Positions 49,305 to 62,494 of a stretch of DNA of 64,000 bases are shown here, in pieces. The notes under the pieces were generated by a model, which saw only the letters and a program-made list of their open reading frames with translations, was not told the DNA's origin and ran no database searches. Source of the stretch: Squalus acanthias (Eukaryota); contig CM059432.1 of NCBI GenBank assembly GCA_030390025.1, forward strand, positions 141,610,001 to 141,674,000, read 5' to 3'. Both the position numbers and the translations under genes were made by a program. The stretch's first letter is position 1. Each line of letters begins with the position of its first letter.

Positions 49305-50772
49305 AGTTGGGATTGTTCCCCTTGGAGCAGAGAAGGTTAAGGGGAGATCTAACAGAGGTGTTCAAAATTAGGAGGGGTTTTGATAGCGCAAGTAGGGAGA
49401 AACGGTTTCCTCTGGCAAGTGGGTCGGTAACCAGAGGACACAGATTTAAAATAATTGGCAAAAGAACCAGAGGGGAAATGAAGAGAATTTGTTTTACAGA
49501 GAGGGTTGTTAAGATCTGGAACGCACTACCTGAAAGGCTGATGGCCAATGTTCCCGTTAAGCTATGTCTGGAGGTCCCGCGTGTAAGAAATCGTGAATTG
49601 GAAGAAATAACTTGAGACAAAAAAAGTCTCTTCAGCCTGGTGTTAGAATAACTGGAGAGACGCTTAGAATTTGCTGATGTTCTTGGTTCCCTGCGGATGT
49701 TTTAACATTCTGCACCGTGGCGGTGACCTTGTTTCCAGACTCGCTGTCTGCTGTTTGTGTGCTAGGAAGGTTATCTTTGATAATCTACCCGAGGCCCACC
49801 CCTAAAAAGAGATATCTAAAGAGGCTTTTAACACAGACGGTGAAGGGAAGGGAAGAGCTGTTCGCGCACGCCAGCCGTCTGTCCGATCGGGACCGATACC
49901 AGCCGCTTGTCACGGTCGTGTGTCTACTATAAGAAAGACTTGCTGGATGTCTCAAAGTGCTTTACAGCCAATGAAGTACTTTTGAAGTGTAGTCACTGTT
50001 TGTAATGTGGGAAACGCGGCAGCAAATTTGCGTACAGCAAGCTCCCACAAACAGCAGTGTGATAATGACCAGATAATCTGTTTTTGTTATGTTGGTTGAC
50101 GGATAAATATTGGCCCCAGGGATAACTCCCCTGCTCTTCTTCGAAATAGTGCCATGGGATCTTTTACATCCACCTGAAAGGGCAGACGAGGGCCTCGGTT
50201 TAACGTCTCATCTGATAGACGGCACCGCCAACAGTGCAGCACTCCCTCAGCACTGCACTGGGAGTGTCAGCCTAGCTTTATGTGCTCAAATCCCCTGGAG
50301 TGGGACTTGAACCCACAACCTTCTTGACTCAGAGGCGAGAGTACTGCCAACTGAGCCACAGCTGACTATGTCTATCTTGAGTGCGTGTTGTACTTAACTT
50401 AAACTGCCGCTCCTTAATAAAATGCCTTACAACTCCTAAGACCCTTTGGGTAATCTGTGTGTGACCTGTGATCCAAAATCTTACACACACTTACCGGCTT
50501 CTCAATGGAAAAACCGGGCATGCGCAGTAATTTGAATGGGTGGCGCAGCCCCTTAAAGGGGCCGTGCACCCAAAAGAGAATTAGAGGGAACATTGGTGGT
50601 GGCATCAGATTCCATAGGAACTTTCAAAAGGCAATTAGACATGTACTTGTGGAGGACTAATTTGCAGGGCTATGGGGAAAGAGCAGGGGGAGTGGGACTA
50701 ATTGGATAGCTCTTTCAAAGAGCCAGCACAGGCACGATGGGCCTGAATGGCCTCCTTCTGTGTTGTAAGATT
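49305..50772 (+). mobile_element. CR1 3' fragment hosting a nested hAT MITE, solo LTR and SINE
   Basis: The CR1 ORF runs to ...WNALPER at ~49540 and the CR1 resumes at ~50596. Confidence 0.85.
49582..50485 (+). mobile_element. Solo LTR (TGTAAGA...TCTTACA) containing a DeuSINE (~49935-50365, minus)
   Basis: 7-bp inverted termini, AATAAA at 50416-50421, and 4-bp flanks CGCG/CACA (CpG-decayed TSD). Confidence 0.7.
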
Positions 50773-51114
50773 CCTTTACACACTTGCCTAACAATTTTTT
50801 TTAAATGTTCAGTTACACATGTAGAGCTCTTGCCCTTTCAGGGTATGCACAGGTCTTGTATTCTTCCAAATACCTCCTGGGACAACTCCCACTGATTGTC
50901 TGTAGTTTTATCCATTAATAGTTCTGCCCAGTCGACTGTGGTCAACTTCTGCCTCAACCCTCCAAAGTCCAACTTACCTAAATTTCAGACCTTGGTTCGT
51001 AGCTCACCCATGTAGAAGAATCTTCAACTCATCCTCCTGCTCCTCCATTGCACCATCTAGAGAGCAGATCTTAGATCTTCACAAGCTTACTCCCAAAAGA
51101 CCACAGAGTCATTC

Positions 51115-51585
51115 ATAGAATCGTAGAATCTTACAGCACAGAAGGAGGCCATTCGGCCCATCGTGCCTGTGCCGGCTCTTTGAAAGAACTATCCAACTTA
51201 GTCCCACATCCCAGCTTTTTCCCCATAACCCTGTAAATTAGTCCTTCTCAAGTACCTGCCCAATTGCCTTTTGAAAGTTGCTATGGAATCTGATGCCACC
51301 ACCCTATCAGGTAGTGCGCTCCAGATCTTAACAACTCTTGCCTGAAAAAAAAAATCTCCTCATTTCCTCTCTAGTTTTTTTGCCAATTATTTTAAATCTA
51401 AGACCTCTGGCTACCGACCCACTTCCCAGAGGAAACAGTTCCTCCCTACTTTGCTCTATCAAAACCCCTCGTAATTTGGAACACCTCGATTAAATCTCCC
51501 CTTAACCGTCTCTGCTCGTAGGAGAACAATCCCAGCTTCTCTAATCTCTCCACATAACTGAACTCACTCATCCCTGGTATCATCC
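51115..51585 (-). mobile_element. CR1 3' fragment
   Basis: MIPGMSEFSYVERLEKLGLFSYEQRRLRGDLIEVF. Confidence 0.82.
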
Positions 51586-51888
51586 TGGCACAAGTCATCA
51601 CTGTGTCTGAGGCGAGGGAAGGGTCACTCATTCTTTCTGCAGGCTTTTATGTTGCCGAGTATTTTGGAAACTTTTGTTTCATGGATTGACCTCTCCAACA
51701 GACACAGTTCACCTCGTGCCAAAGAAAGTGTAGCTGTTTAATATTTTCCTTGGCAAATCGAGCGATTTGTTAAGGCGAGTTTAATGGAACATTCTTGTGC
51801 CTTCAGTTTTGTATCTGACTGCCTCTGTAACAATCAGAATATAATTGCAACAGTGGCATTTTCAATGGTTTAATTTGTGCAACAGATG

Positions 51889-52342
51889 TGTCAGCCGTGG
51901 CTCGGTGGGTAGCACACTCGCCTCTGAGTCAGAAGGTTGTGGGTTCAAGTCCCGCTCCAGAGACTTGAGCACAAAATCCAGGCTGACACTCCCAGTGCAG
52001 TGCTGAGGGAGTGCTGCACTGTCAGAGGTGCCGTCTTTCGGATGAGACGTTAAACCGAGGCCCCCGTCTGCCCTCTCCGATGAATGTAAAAGATCCCACG
52101 GCACTATTTCGAGGAAGAGCAGGGGCGTTATCCCCGGTGTCCTGGGGCCAATATTTATCCCTCAAAACAGATTATCTGGTCATTATCACATTGCTGTTTG
52201 TGGGAGCTTGCTGTGCGCAAATTGGCTGCCGCATTTATTACTTTACAACAGTGACTACACTTCAAAAAGTACTTAATTGGCTGTAAAGCGCTTTGGGGCG
52301 TCCTGAGGTCGTGAAAGGCGCTATCTAAGTACAATTCTTTCC
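51889..52342 (+). mobile_element. Full-length DeuSINE (SacSINE1-like)
   Basis: A box TGGCTCGGTGGG, B box GGTTCAAGTCC, Deu-like core and an L2-derived tail (AAAGGCGCTAT). Confidence 0.85.
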
Positions 52343-52523
52343 TTAAAGAAAAGAAAGACAGAGGACTGCTTTCTGTGCCACTCCACAGCACTGCAGCTTG
52401 ACTACCAGGAGCTACAGCGAAGTTTCAGGCCTCGGCTGACTGTTGCTGGCCCTCTGCTTAAGGCAAGGTAAGCACAGATGTCGTAGCAACAGAGGGTGCA
52501 GCCACCTTCTGCCTCTCTGCTGA

Positions 52524-52716
52524 CCCAGAACCTGAGAGGGCAGGTCCCCACGTCGTTCCCAGAACCTGAGAGGGCAGGTCCCCACGTCGTTCCCAGAACC
52601 TGAGAGGGCAGGTCCCCACGTCGTTCCCAGAACCTGAGAGGGCAGGTCCCCATGTCGTTCCCAGAACCTGAGAGGGCAGGTCCCCACGTCGTTCCCAGAA
52701 CCTGAGAGGGCAGGTT
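52524..52716. repeat. 34-bp minisatellite (CCCAGAACCTGAGAGGGCAGGTCCCCACGTCGTT) x5.6
   Basis: Near-perfect tandem units start at 52524, 52558, 52592, 52626, 52660 and 52694. Confidence 0.95.
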
Positions 52717-53464
52717 TCCCAGGGCCTGCAGAAATGGTAGCCATCTTGGTAAATGCAACACTGGCCCTTGATCACCTTGTCATGCCCTTGTACCACTTAG
52801 AGCACGACATGCTGTGATTAGGGAGCTTCTGAAGAAACTTTCAGCATAACGGTTCGGCGGGCATTCAGCATCTGATGGTGATACTGCCGGCATTGCCTCC
52901 TGTGGAAAGAGGCGTCTCCACCAGCACAGCCTCTGTCAAAGTGAAGCGTGTTATCTCTCTCTGCAGACGCAGGAATTCAGGTGCAGGACAGGAGGGCACA
53001 GAGCACCTGAACTGCCTGGCATCCCTCCATAGGTCCTACAGAGAGGTGAGCTCGGAAGACAACCCCCCACCCCCAACAGACACACCCACAGGTGCCAGTA
53101 AAGGGAGCGAGGGGCAAAAGAGTGGCAGCAGAGATAAGAGAAGGGTCTTTAAAAAAACCTACACACATTTACCTTCGAATTCTGCAGGTTTGCCCTGAGG
53201 TCTCATCGCCACTGTGTTTCCACGGGTGTACTGAGGACTTGGCGTATGGCACATCCACAGACCAGGAACTGGAGCGACTCCCTTCCCCACTCTCTTTTAG
53301 CCTTCGTTTAACAAGCCTCTTGCCCCCAGACCCGCTCGGAAAATGGCGTGCGGCTGAGGTTCTGAAAGAATCCAGCGGTGGAGATTTCCGCTGGAATTCC
53401 CTGCAACCACTGCCCTGTTTGTGCCCTGAATCTGGGGCGGTAGCACTGCTAATGTCAGCCCCGT

Positions 53465-55960
53465 TTATTTTTCTTTTATCCGTTCCTGGGATGTGGGCGT
53501 CGCTGGCAAGGCCAGCATTTATTGCCCATCCCTAATTGCCCTTGAGAAGGTGGTGGTGAGCCGCCTTCTTGAACCGCTGCAGTCTGTGTGGTGAAGCTAC
53601 TCCCACAGTGCTGTTAGGGAGGGAGTTCCAGGATTTTGACCCAGCGATGATGAAGGATCGGCGATATACTTCTAAGTCAGGATGGTGTGTGACTTAGAGG
53701 GGAACTTGGCGGTGATGGTGTTCCCATGTCCTTCTAGGTGGAAGAGGTCGCGGGTTTGGGAGGTGCTGCTGAAAAAGCCTTGGCGAGTTGCTGCAGTGCA
53801 TCTTGTAGATGGTACACACTGCAGCCATGGTACGCCGGTGGTGGAGGCAGTGAATGTTTAAGGTGATGGATGGGGTGCCAATCAAGCGGGCTGCTTTGTC
53901 CTGGATGGTGTTGAGTTTCTTGAGTGTTGTTGGAGCTGCACTCATCCAGGCAAGTGGAGAGTATTCCATCACACTCCTTACTTGTGCCTTGTAGATGGTG
54001 GAAAGGCTTTGGGGAGTCAGGAGGTGAGACACTCGCCACAGAATACCTAGCCTCTGACCTGCTCTTGTTACCTCTGTATTTATGTGGCTGGTCCAGTTAA
54101 GTTTCTGGTCAATGGTGACCCCCAGGATGTTGATGGTGGGGGATTCGGCTATGGTAATGCCGTTGAATGTTAAGGGGCGGTGGTTAGACTCTTGTTTGTT
54201 GGAGATAGTCATTGTCTGGCACTTCTGTGGCGCGAATATTACCTGCCACTTATCAGCCCAAGCCTGAATGTCATCCAGGTCTTGCTGCATGCGGGCATGG
54301 ACTGCTTCATTATCTGAGGAGATGTGAATGGCGCTGAATTCTGTGCAGTCATCAGCGAACATCCCCATTTCTGACCTTATGTTGGAGGGAAGGTCATTGA
54401 TGAAGCAGCTGAAGATGGTTGGGCCTAGGACTCTGCCCTGAGGAACTCCTGCAGCAATGTCCTGGGGCTGTGATGATTGACCTTCAACCACCACAACCAT
54501 CTTCCTTTGTGCTAGGTATGACTCCAACCAATGGAGAGTTTTCCCCCCAATTCCCATTGATTTCAGTTTTACTAGGGCTCCTTGATGCCACACTCAGTCA
54601 AATGCTGCCTTGATGTCAAAGGCAGTCACTCTCACCTCACCTCTGGAATTCAGCTCCTTTGTCCATGTTTGGACCAAGGCTGTAATGAGGTCGGGAGCCG
54701 AGTGGTCTTGGCGGAACCCAAACTGGGCATCAGTGAGCAGGTTATTGGTGAGTAAGTGCCGCTTGATAGCACTGTTGATGACACCTTCCATCACTTTGCT
54801 GATGATTGAGAGTAGACTGATGGGGCGGGAATTGGCCTGATTGGATTTGTCCTGCTTTTTGTGGACAGGACATACCTGGGCAGTTTTCCACATTGCCGGA
54901 TAGATGCCAGTGTTGTAGCTGTACTGGAACAGCTTGGCTAGAGGCCCAGCTAGTTCTGGAGCACAAGTCTTCAGCACGATAGCCAGGATGTTGTCAGGGC
55001 CCATAGCCATTGCTGTATCTAGTGTGCGCAGCCATTTCTTGATATCACGTGGAGTGAATCGAATTGGCTGAAGACTGGCTTCTGTGATGGTGGGGACCTC
55101 AGGAGTAGGCCGATATGTATCTTCACTCGGCACTTCTGGCTGAAGATGGTTGTAAACGCTTCAGCCTTGTCTTTTGCACTCACGTGCTGAGCTCCACCAT
55201 CATTGAGGATGAGGATATTCATGGAGCCTCCTCCTCCCGTTAGTTGTTTAATGGTCCACCACCATTCATGACTGGATGTGGCAGGACTGCAGAGCCTTGA
55301 TCAGATCCGTTGATTGTGGGACCGCTTAGCTCTGTCTATAGCATGCTGCTTCTGCTTTTTAGCATGTATGTCGTCCTGTGTTGCAACTTCCCCAGGTTGA
55401 CACCTCATTTTTAGGTACGCCTGGTGCTGCTCCTGGCATGCTCTTCTACACTCCTTATTTTACCAGGGTTGGTCCTCTGGCTTGATGGTAATGGTGGAGT
55501 GAGGGATATGCCCAGCTATGAGGTTACAGACCCCTCGGCTCCCGACCTCATTATAGCCTTGGTCCAAACATGGACAAAGGAGCTGAATTCCAGAGGTGAG
55601 GTGAGAGTGACCATCCTTGACATCAAGGCAGCATTTGACCGAGTGTGGCATCAAGGAGCCCTAGTAAAACTGAAGTCAATGGGAATTGGGGGGAAAACTC
55701 TTCATTGGTTGGAGTCATACCTAGCACAAAGGAAGATGGTTGTGGTGGTGGAATACAATTCTGCTGCTGCTGACGGCCCACAGCGCCTCATGGATGTCCA
55801 GTTTTGAGCTGCTCGATCTGTTCTGAATCTATCCCATTTAGCACGGTGGTAGTGCCACACAACACGATGGAGGGTGTCCTCAGTGTGAAGACGGGACTTC
55901 GTCTCCACAATGACTGTGCGGGGGTCACTGCTACCAATGCTGTCATGGACAGATGCAGAT
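53465..55960 (-). mobile_element. Family A CR1/L2-group LINE, RT region with stops and frameshifts
   Basis: RPISLLS, QFGFR, DIKAAFD*VWH, GVPQG and FADD motifs; 3' end at ~53465. Confidence 0.9.
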
Positions 55961-56449
55961 TCCAAATTGAAACAGGGCCAACTTTCTGCCGTAGGTTTCC
56001 CTCAGAAGTCCCAGGGGAGAACCCGGTGGGTGAGAGAGTATTACCTGTCACCACCACTCTTGAAATCTTGTCAAACTTATGGTGATCTTACCCCTTTGTA
56101 GAAGGATTAAATCTCCTCTTCCGCAGGACCAAGCAGATAGGCGTCCATCAAGGGAGAAGGGAGTGGAGGGATATGGGGGCAGTGTGGGAAGAGGTGATTA
56201 CAGTGGGTGGAGGCTCGTGTGGAGCTTAAAAACCAGCATAGAACTCTTGGGCCCCCCAATGGCCTGTTTCTGTGCTGTAAATTCTATGTAACTGTCTTTT
56301 GCCGATCAGCATTTTTTGATTATCAAACCAGCTGAGAACGAAAGATTTTCTCGACATGTGTTGCAGCACTTATTCAGAGAGAAAAACATGATTTGGGGAA
56401 AAGTGTGGTTGTCGCAGACGTTTAAGGCCCTAGCAATAGGCATCTGGTG

Positions 56450-56800
56450 TACTCCCTACCTCTGTAACCTCCTCCGGCCCTACAACCCTCCGAGATCTCT
56501 GCGCTCCTCCAATTCTGGCCCCTTGCACATCCCCGATTTTCATCGCTCCACTATTGGCGGCCGTGTCTTCAGCTGCTAAGGCCCTAAGCTCTGGAATTCC
56601 CTCCCTAAACCTCTCCGCCTCTCTCCTGCTTTAAGGCGTTCCTTAAAAACCTACCTCTTCGACCAAGCTTTGGGTCACCTGTCCTGATATCTCCTTATGT
56701 GGCTCGGTGTCAAATTTTGTCTGATAATCGCTCCTGTGAAGTGCCTCTGGAAGTTTTACTGTGTTAATGGCGCTGTATAAATGCAAGTTATTGTTATTGA
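56450..56800 (+). mobile_element. L2 3' fragment
   Basis: PYLCNLLRPYNPPRSLRSSNSG and an L2 tail. Confidence 0.82.
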
Positions 56801-56992
56801 TGATGACTTCCCGCTGGATGAGAAGCCTTCGCCCAACAGCAGGTGGCGATGTTACAAAAGGCAAGCGCGAACACACTAGATTTATTCAGGGGAACCAGGA
56901 CACAGCAGCAGAGACACCAGTCAGGACTTGCATCTTATCCACATGTGATAAACGGAGTGACTATTGACACCGCACCTGCACACTGGATAAAA

Positions 56993-57457
56993 GAAAAGAC
57001 TTGTATTTCTGTGGCGCCTTTCACGATCTCAGGACGTCCCAAAGCGCTTTACAGCCAATGACGTGCTTTTGAAGTGTAGTCACTGTTGTAATGTAGGAAA
57101 TGCAGCAGTCAATTTGCGCACAGCAAGATCCCACAAACAGCAATGTGATAATGACCGGAAGATCTTTTTGTCATGTTGGTTGAGGGGATAAACATTGGTC
57201 AGGACACCGGGGAGAACTCCCCCTACTCTTCTTCGGAATTGTGCCATGGGATCTTTTACAACCACCTGAGAGAGCAGACGGGGCCTCGGTTTAACGTCTC
57301 ATCCGAAAGACAGCACCTCCGACAGTGCAGCACTCCCTCAGCGCTGCACTGGCAGTGTCAGCCTAGCTTTATGTGCTCAAGGCTCTGGAGTGGGGCTATG
57401 AACCCACGAAATTCTGACCCAGAGGCAAAAGTGCTACCCACTGAGCCACGGCTGACA
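56993..57457 (-). mobile_element. Full-length DeuSINE
   Basis: Reverse-complement homologue of 51889-52342. Confidence 0.85.
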
Positions 57458-57859
57458 CCTTGGAATAAGTCTCCTTGGGGCTGGGACTCAGGAAAAATAA
57501 ATGAGTTCTCATTCTGCCCTTTCATATTTCACTTCACTCTGGTTTAGTCATTTATCAGCAGTTTTGTTCTTTTATCTTCACTTTCACATTCATCCTTATA
57601 TTTACATTTCACCTCTTTCTCGCTCTTCTCAGTTCTCTGCCTTTTGTACCTTTAGGTTTTTACACCCATTTCCAGACTAGTGTTTTTTCTTTGCCTGATC
57701 AGTTCAAAAAGTAACTGGACTGATTCCTCGCTAGAGCTAATATCGCTGTGTGCAGAAGGTGGGTGGGACTTTATTTCACGCCTCATGCTCACTCTGATCT
57801 CCTGGAATTTGCTTTTGATTGCTTTATGGGGTCATTCTGGCTCTGAAATTCTAAAATGG

Positions 57860-58245
57860 TTTAAAATTCTCATTCTTGTGTTGAAATCCCTCCATGGCCT
57901 CGCCCCTCCCTACCTCTGTGACCTCCTTCGGCCCTACAACCCTCCAAAATCTCTGCGCTCCTCCAATTCTGGCCCCTTGCGCAATCCCCGATTTTAATCG
58001 CTCCATCATTGGCGGCCGTGCCTTCAGCTGCCTGGGCCCTAAGCTCTGGAATTCCCTCCCTAAACCTCTCCGCCTCTCTCTCCTCCTTTAAGACGCTCCT
58101 TGAAACCGACCTCTTTGACCAACCTGTCCCAATATCTCTTTATGTGGCTCAGGTGTCAAGTTTTGTCTGATAATCGCTCCTGCGAAGCATCTTGGGATGT
58201 TTTACTACATTAAAGGCGCTATATAAATGCACATTGTTGTTGATG
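57860..58245 (+). mobile_element. L2 3' fragment
   Basis: FKILILVLKSLHGLAPPYL and an L2 tail. Confidence 0.82.
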
Positions 58246-59884
58246 TTGTCAGAGTGGAATTTCTCAGATTTTTTTCCCTCGGACTTTTTATCTGGGGTTC
58301 TTTTTGCGCCACTTTCTGGAGATTGCGTGACAACTAGTGGGAAGGAAGATTGGGAGTTGCGATGCTTTGTTGCATTGTGACTGGGACAGGCTGGTGTTTT
58401 CCTGCCCTTACATCTTTTTTGTATGCGCGTATGATCTTCATACTTCCCAGCAACAAATATCAGAACAGATCATCCCCCAGCATGGAGAATCCCATCAGAA
58501 ATAACTCAGAGATTAGAGCCCATGGTTTCCATTGCCTTATTTGCAATCCCCTTGTGAATGGGACCCGTCTTAATGGAGACTCTCCTACAGAAGCCCTGGA
58601 AGATGCTTCAGGGTTACTTGTCGTTCTGTGATTAGATAAAACAGTGGTCTCCTCCGTACAAGCCGTCATACTGTGCACGGTTCTTTGCTCACTCTCAGAG
58701 GACCCTGTGAATTGACGGCGCTCGTTCAGCACAGTCTTCGTTAAGAGGCAGGTCCTGGCAGGCAGCAGTCCCGCAATTCAGCATCCAAGGGCATGCTAGG
58801 GTTGCCAGTGCTGGTTGGACATATCCCTGGAGGCTTTATCACATGACTTCCTGCCTCCAACCACGCCGCCCTCACGCTCCCACCATTGGTCGCCCGACAC
58901 CGGCAATCTCGCGACGCCCCGCCTCCCCACGGCCAACGTGAAATGAGCAGACTCTTCGTTACCCGATTGGATGATTTTTGACTCTCAGCCAAACAGCCTT
59001 TATTCCCCCCACCTCCAATATTTTTATAACTAATGAACGGAAGTATTCAAAGAAACACAACGAGACATTAAACCGAGGCCCCGGTTTGATATTGTAACTG
59101 AGATTTGTAATAACACATAAATAAAACAAATTTGGGTTACTTTCACTGTCAGGTTTCCACTGATACACAGGTTTGGAGGAGAGGGTGCAGCTTACAAAGA
59201 GCAAGTCTTGGCACACACTGTGAATGGCCAGGCCCACTTTAATTCATAAAATAGTTCCGTGGTGTAGGCACAGAATAATGCTGGGAATCCAGCCTGCGAT
59301 CCTGTTACGAGTGTCTATTGTCACCGCTGTGTCAGCCAATGAGTTGGAGGTGGGGCGGGACTTACAGCAGGACTCGCATCAAACAGTTTCTTTACTCAAC
59401 AAACAGAGTCTATTTAAAAAGAGTCTCTACAAACTGCAGCAAACAGAACTCATGACCGAAACTACAGCAACGTCTCCCGATAAAAGCAGGGTAATTTCTC
59501 CAACAAAATGCAGGGAGTGGAGGATAGTTACATACAAATTATGAGTGTAATATCAATCCCGTGAGCAACACAACTAACATAATATCCACCAGTTGACATA
59601 CTGACCTCCCTTGACAAATCTAAATACAATGAAATCTTACATTCAATCTCTTATCAACCAGTCCTATTTGCTATCAGTGTTTTTTTCTTCATTCATGGGA
59701 TGTGGGCATCACTGGCAAGGCCAGCATTTATTGCCCATCCCTACTTGCCCTTGAGAAGGTGGCACTAGTTTTCAACTTATGGACTAGCTGAATACAACTC
59801 AAAGCTATTAAGAGATGGCAAACTATTAGATATAGATGTAGAAATTGATTCATTTCTTCAATTACACTAGTAGCCTACAAGCCT

Positions 59885-60190
59885 TCGAGATCTCTGCACT
59901 CCTCCAATTCTGGCTCTTGCGCATCCCCGATATTAATCGTTTCACCATTGGCGGCCGTGCCTTCAGCTGCCAAGGCCCTTCCCTCCCTAAACCTCTCCGC
60001 CTCTCCACCTCTCTCTCCTCCTTTAAGACACCCCATGAAACCTACCTCTTTGACCAAGCTTTTGGTCATCTGTCCTGATATCTCCTTATATGGCTCGGTG
60101 TCAAATTTTGTTTGATAACGCTCCTGTGAAGTGCCTCGGAACGTTTTACTGCATTAGAGGTGCTAGCTATATAAATACAAGTTGTTGCTT
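59885..60190 (+). mobile_element. L2 3' fragment
   Basis: TIGGRAFSCQGP...YLFDQAFGHLS and an L2 tail. Confidence 0.8.
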
Positions 60191-61285
60191 TGGTTGTAGC
60201 ATAGCACCAGAGCATTTCAGGAAGGTACAGGTCATCAGGTTCGGGATATGTACGTGAGATGAATTGTAAGTCAGTTCTTCCTCAGCGAATAGTGAGCTGT
60301 GGAAAGCTTTTCAGTTACACGGGGAGAGGTGGTGAAATGTATATCCATCCCAAAGAGAATTTCTGCAGTGGCTTGCCATCAAATAGCTGCTCCGCCCGGA
60401 GTGCTTTTCATAAAGAGCGGCTGCACTATCAGCTCCGTGTGCATGCTTCTCTCTCTGTGACATGTCTGCCCAGCAAACGGATGAGGGCTGGGAAAAGAAA
60501 AAGGATTGACGTGATTTTTAGAATCAGTCAGAAATGGAAGAGACAGGCCATTAATAATAGTGTCTCAGCCCGAGCTGAAACTGCTGCACCAGATCGCGTC
60601 TGCTGGCTTAACCTTGCAGAAAATCACCTCGAGTGAAGAGATGAAGGGAAGCAGGATCTGATAGGAGACGCTCATCTGATAAGAGTTCCCTTAATGCATA
60701 CTTACAGAGGCAGGAGTCAGCATCAAAAAATGATGTGATGGAAACAAAGCAACGCGGGATGCTGATTGATACCTTCATCATTTTCTTGTCCTCTTTTTCA
60801 TTGAGGTATGTATCTCCTCGGCTTATAGGTGCCAAGTATGCACCCAACTCGAGAAAGGCTAAATTACAAGATGACTTCGTATTTGCAATTAAGACAATTA
60901 CCCTCAGAATATCTGCCCAGAAGCTGCCTCTTATATAAAAGATGTCACAGTCAAATGGATTATCCATCTAGCGTACTTCCAGCATGGAATGTAAAGGGAA
61001 ATATATCACCATTGGGATGAAATGTTGCTGCGTTATATTAACTTACAGTCTGGGTTTCAGGCCTTTATTGATGTAACAGACAGAAGAATTTTCCTAAGAA
61101 CACATCAACACATCGGTGTGCCAATATAACACAGCGCAATTTCAGCCCATGGGTTTTTTTTAGTCTCTTGCACCTTCTGTGAGACCTGGGGAGAATGCAC
61201 TATTTGAAACACAGAATTATTTAGAATATCACATGGCCTTTACAACTGCAAATTGATTGTGAGTTGTTTTTATTACAGTAACAAT

Positions 61286-62026
61286 GGCCCAGATTTTTTG
61301 CGGTCAGCGGCAAAGGAGTGGCGCTCACCGTTCATTACGCTCACAGCTGCCCACAGACTTTTTTGTGGGCTTTTAAGGGCGGCAACTTCCGGTTATTGGA
61401 GAGCCGTTACAGCGTGGCGCCCTCTACAGGGGGATCTGTGGCGTGTGTGAGCTGGACAAGCAACAGAGTGGCTCTTCAACCAATCAGATGGAAGAATCCT
61501 CAGTGAGCCACGCAGAGTCCAAACCAGGAAGTACAAATTAGAATATTTAATTCAATGTAAAATCATGTACAGAAAGAGAAATAGAGGGATAGAATGAGGG
61601 AATTAAGAGAGAGAGGTAAAAGAGACAGAACGAAAAAGTTAAAAAAAAATTTTTTTAATCTCCAACAATAATTAAATTCTAAATCAATGAGATTCCACAC
61701 TTGTAAAATTAAATTTGCAGGAGCAGAGAGGTTGTTTGGTAGCAATTAAGACTTATCGTGCCGTTAAAAATTCACTTACACCGGAATGCACCAGCCCTAA
61801 CTTTTTTCTGGCATGTTTAGTCGGTAACACGCCCTTCATAGATTTGAATGCCGAGTCTATCGGCGAGGTACCGGTGTAGCGAAGCTTGTGGAGGAGCAGG
61901 GCAAATCGGATAGCAACCCCCGGATTAACTGCGCATGTGCCGACTTCGGAAGTTGCTATCCGATTTACTCCATAATAAGTGAGCGCTGATTGCTTTGCCG
62001 TTATTCTTAACGCAAAATCCTGAACC
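61286..62026. mobile_element. Harbinger-like MITE
   Basis: GGCCCAGATTTT...AAAATCCTGAACC termini. Reverse-complement homologue of 31818-32451. Confidence 0.65.
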
Positions 62027-62494
62027 ATTAAGTGAATAGAACTACCAATCCTAACTGATTGGTTCCAAACTCGCAGCTTAACCCAGCAGATTGTTTCTCA
62101 TTCTCAACATCAGTAATTCTGTGCACTGAACACAGCACAGGAACCCAGGCTTTATACAACTTTGCATTTCTCTGTAAAATAACTATTTTCTTTCCCCGCC
62201 CCCCCCCCACCCCCCACCCAAAGCAGATAATACAAAAACGTTGATACCACATTGCCTGCAGGTTTCTATTGTAACCGAGTATTCCTTGTTGGGGGGGGGG
62301 GGGGGGGGGGAGGGGGTGCGGTGGCAGTAGAGAAATTGTTCCAGGTTACTTACATTTGTTTTAAGTCAGTCTTTGCTTGACCTTCCGAGGTAATTGCTAA
62401 CAGGAACAGCCATGCGTCAGATTTAAATCGCAATGGGACATGTTTATGGAGTGCTTGATTTTCAGTGAATCAGTGCTGTGGTTTAGAGGGATAG

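Noticed and set aside
51889..51960. tRNA gene
   Set aside because: The A/B boxes belong to the tRNA-derived SINE head and continue into the SINE body.
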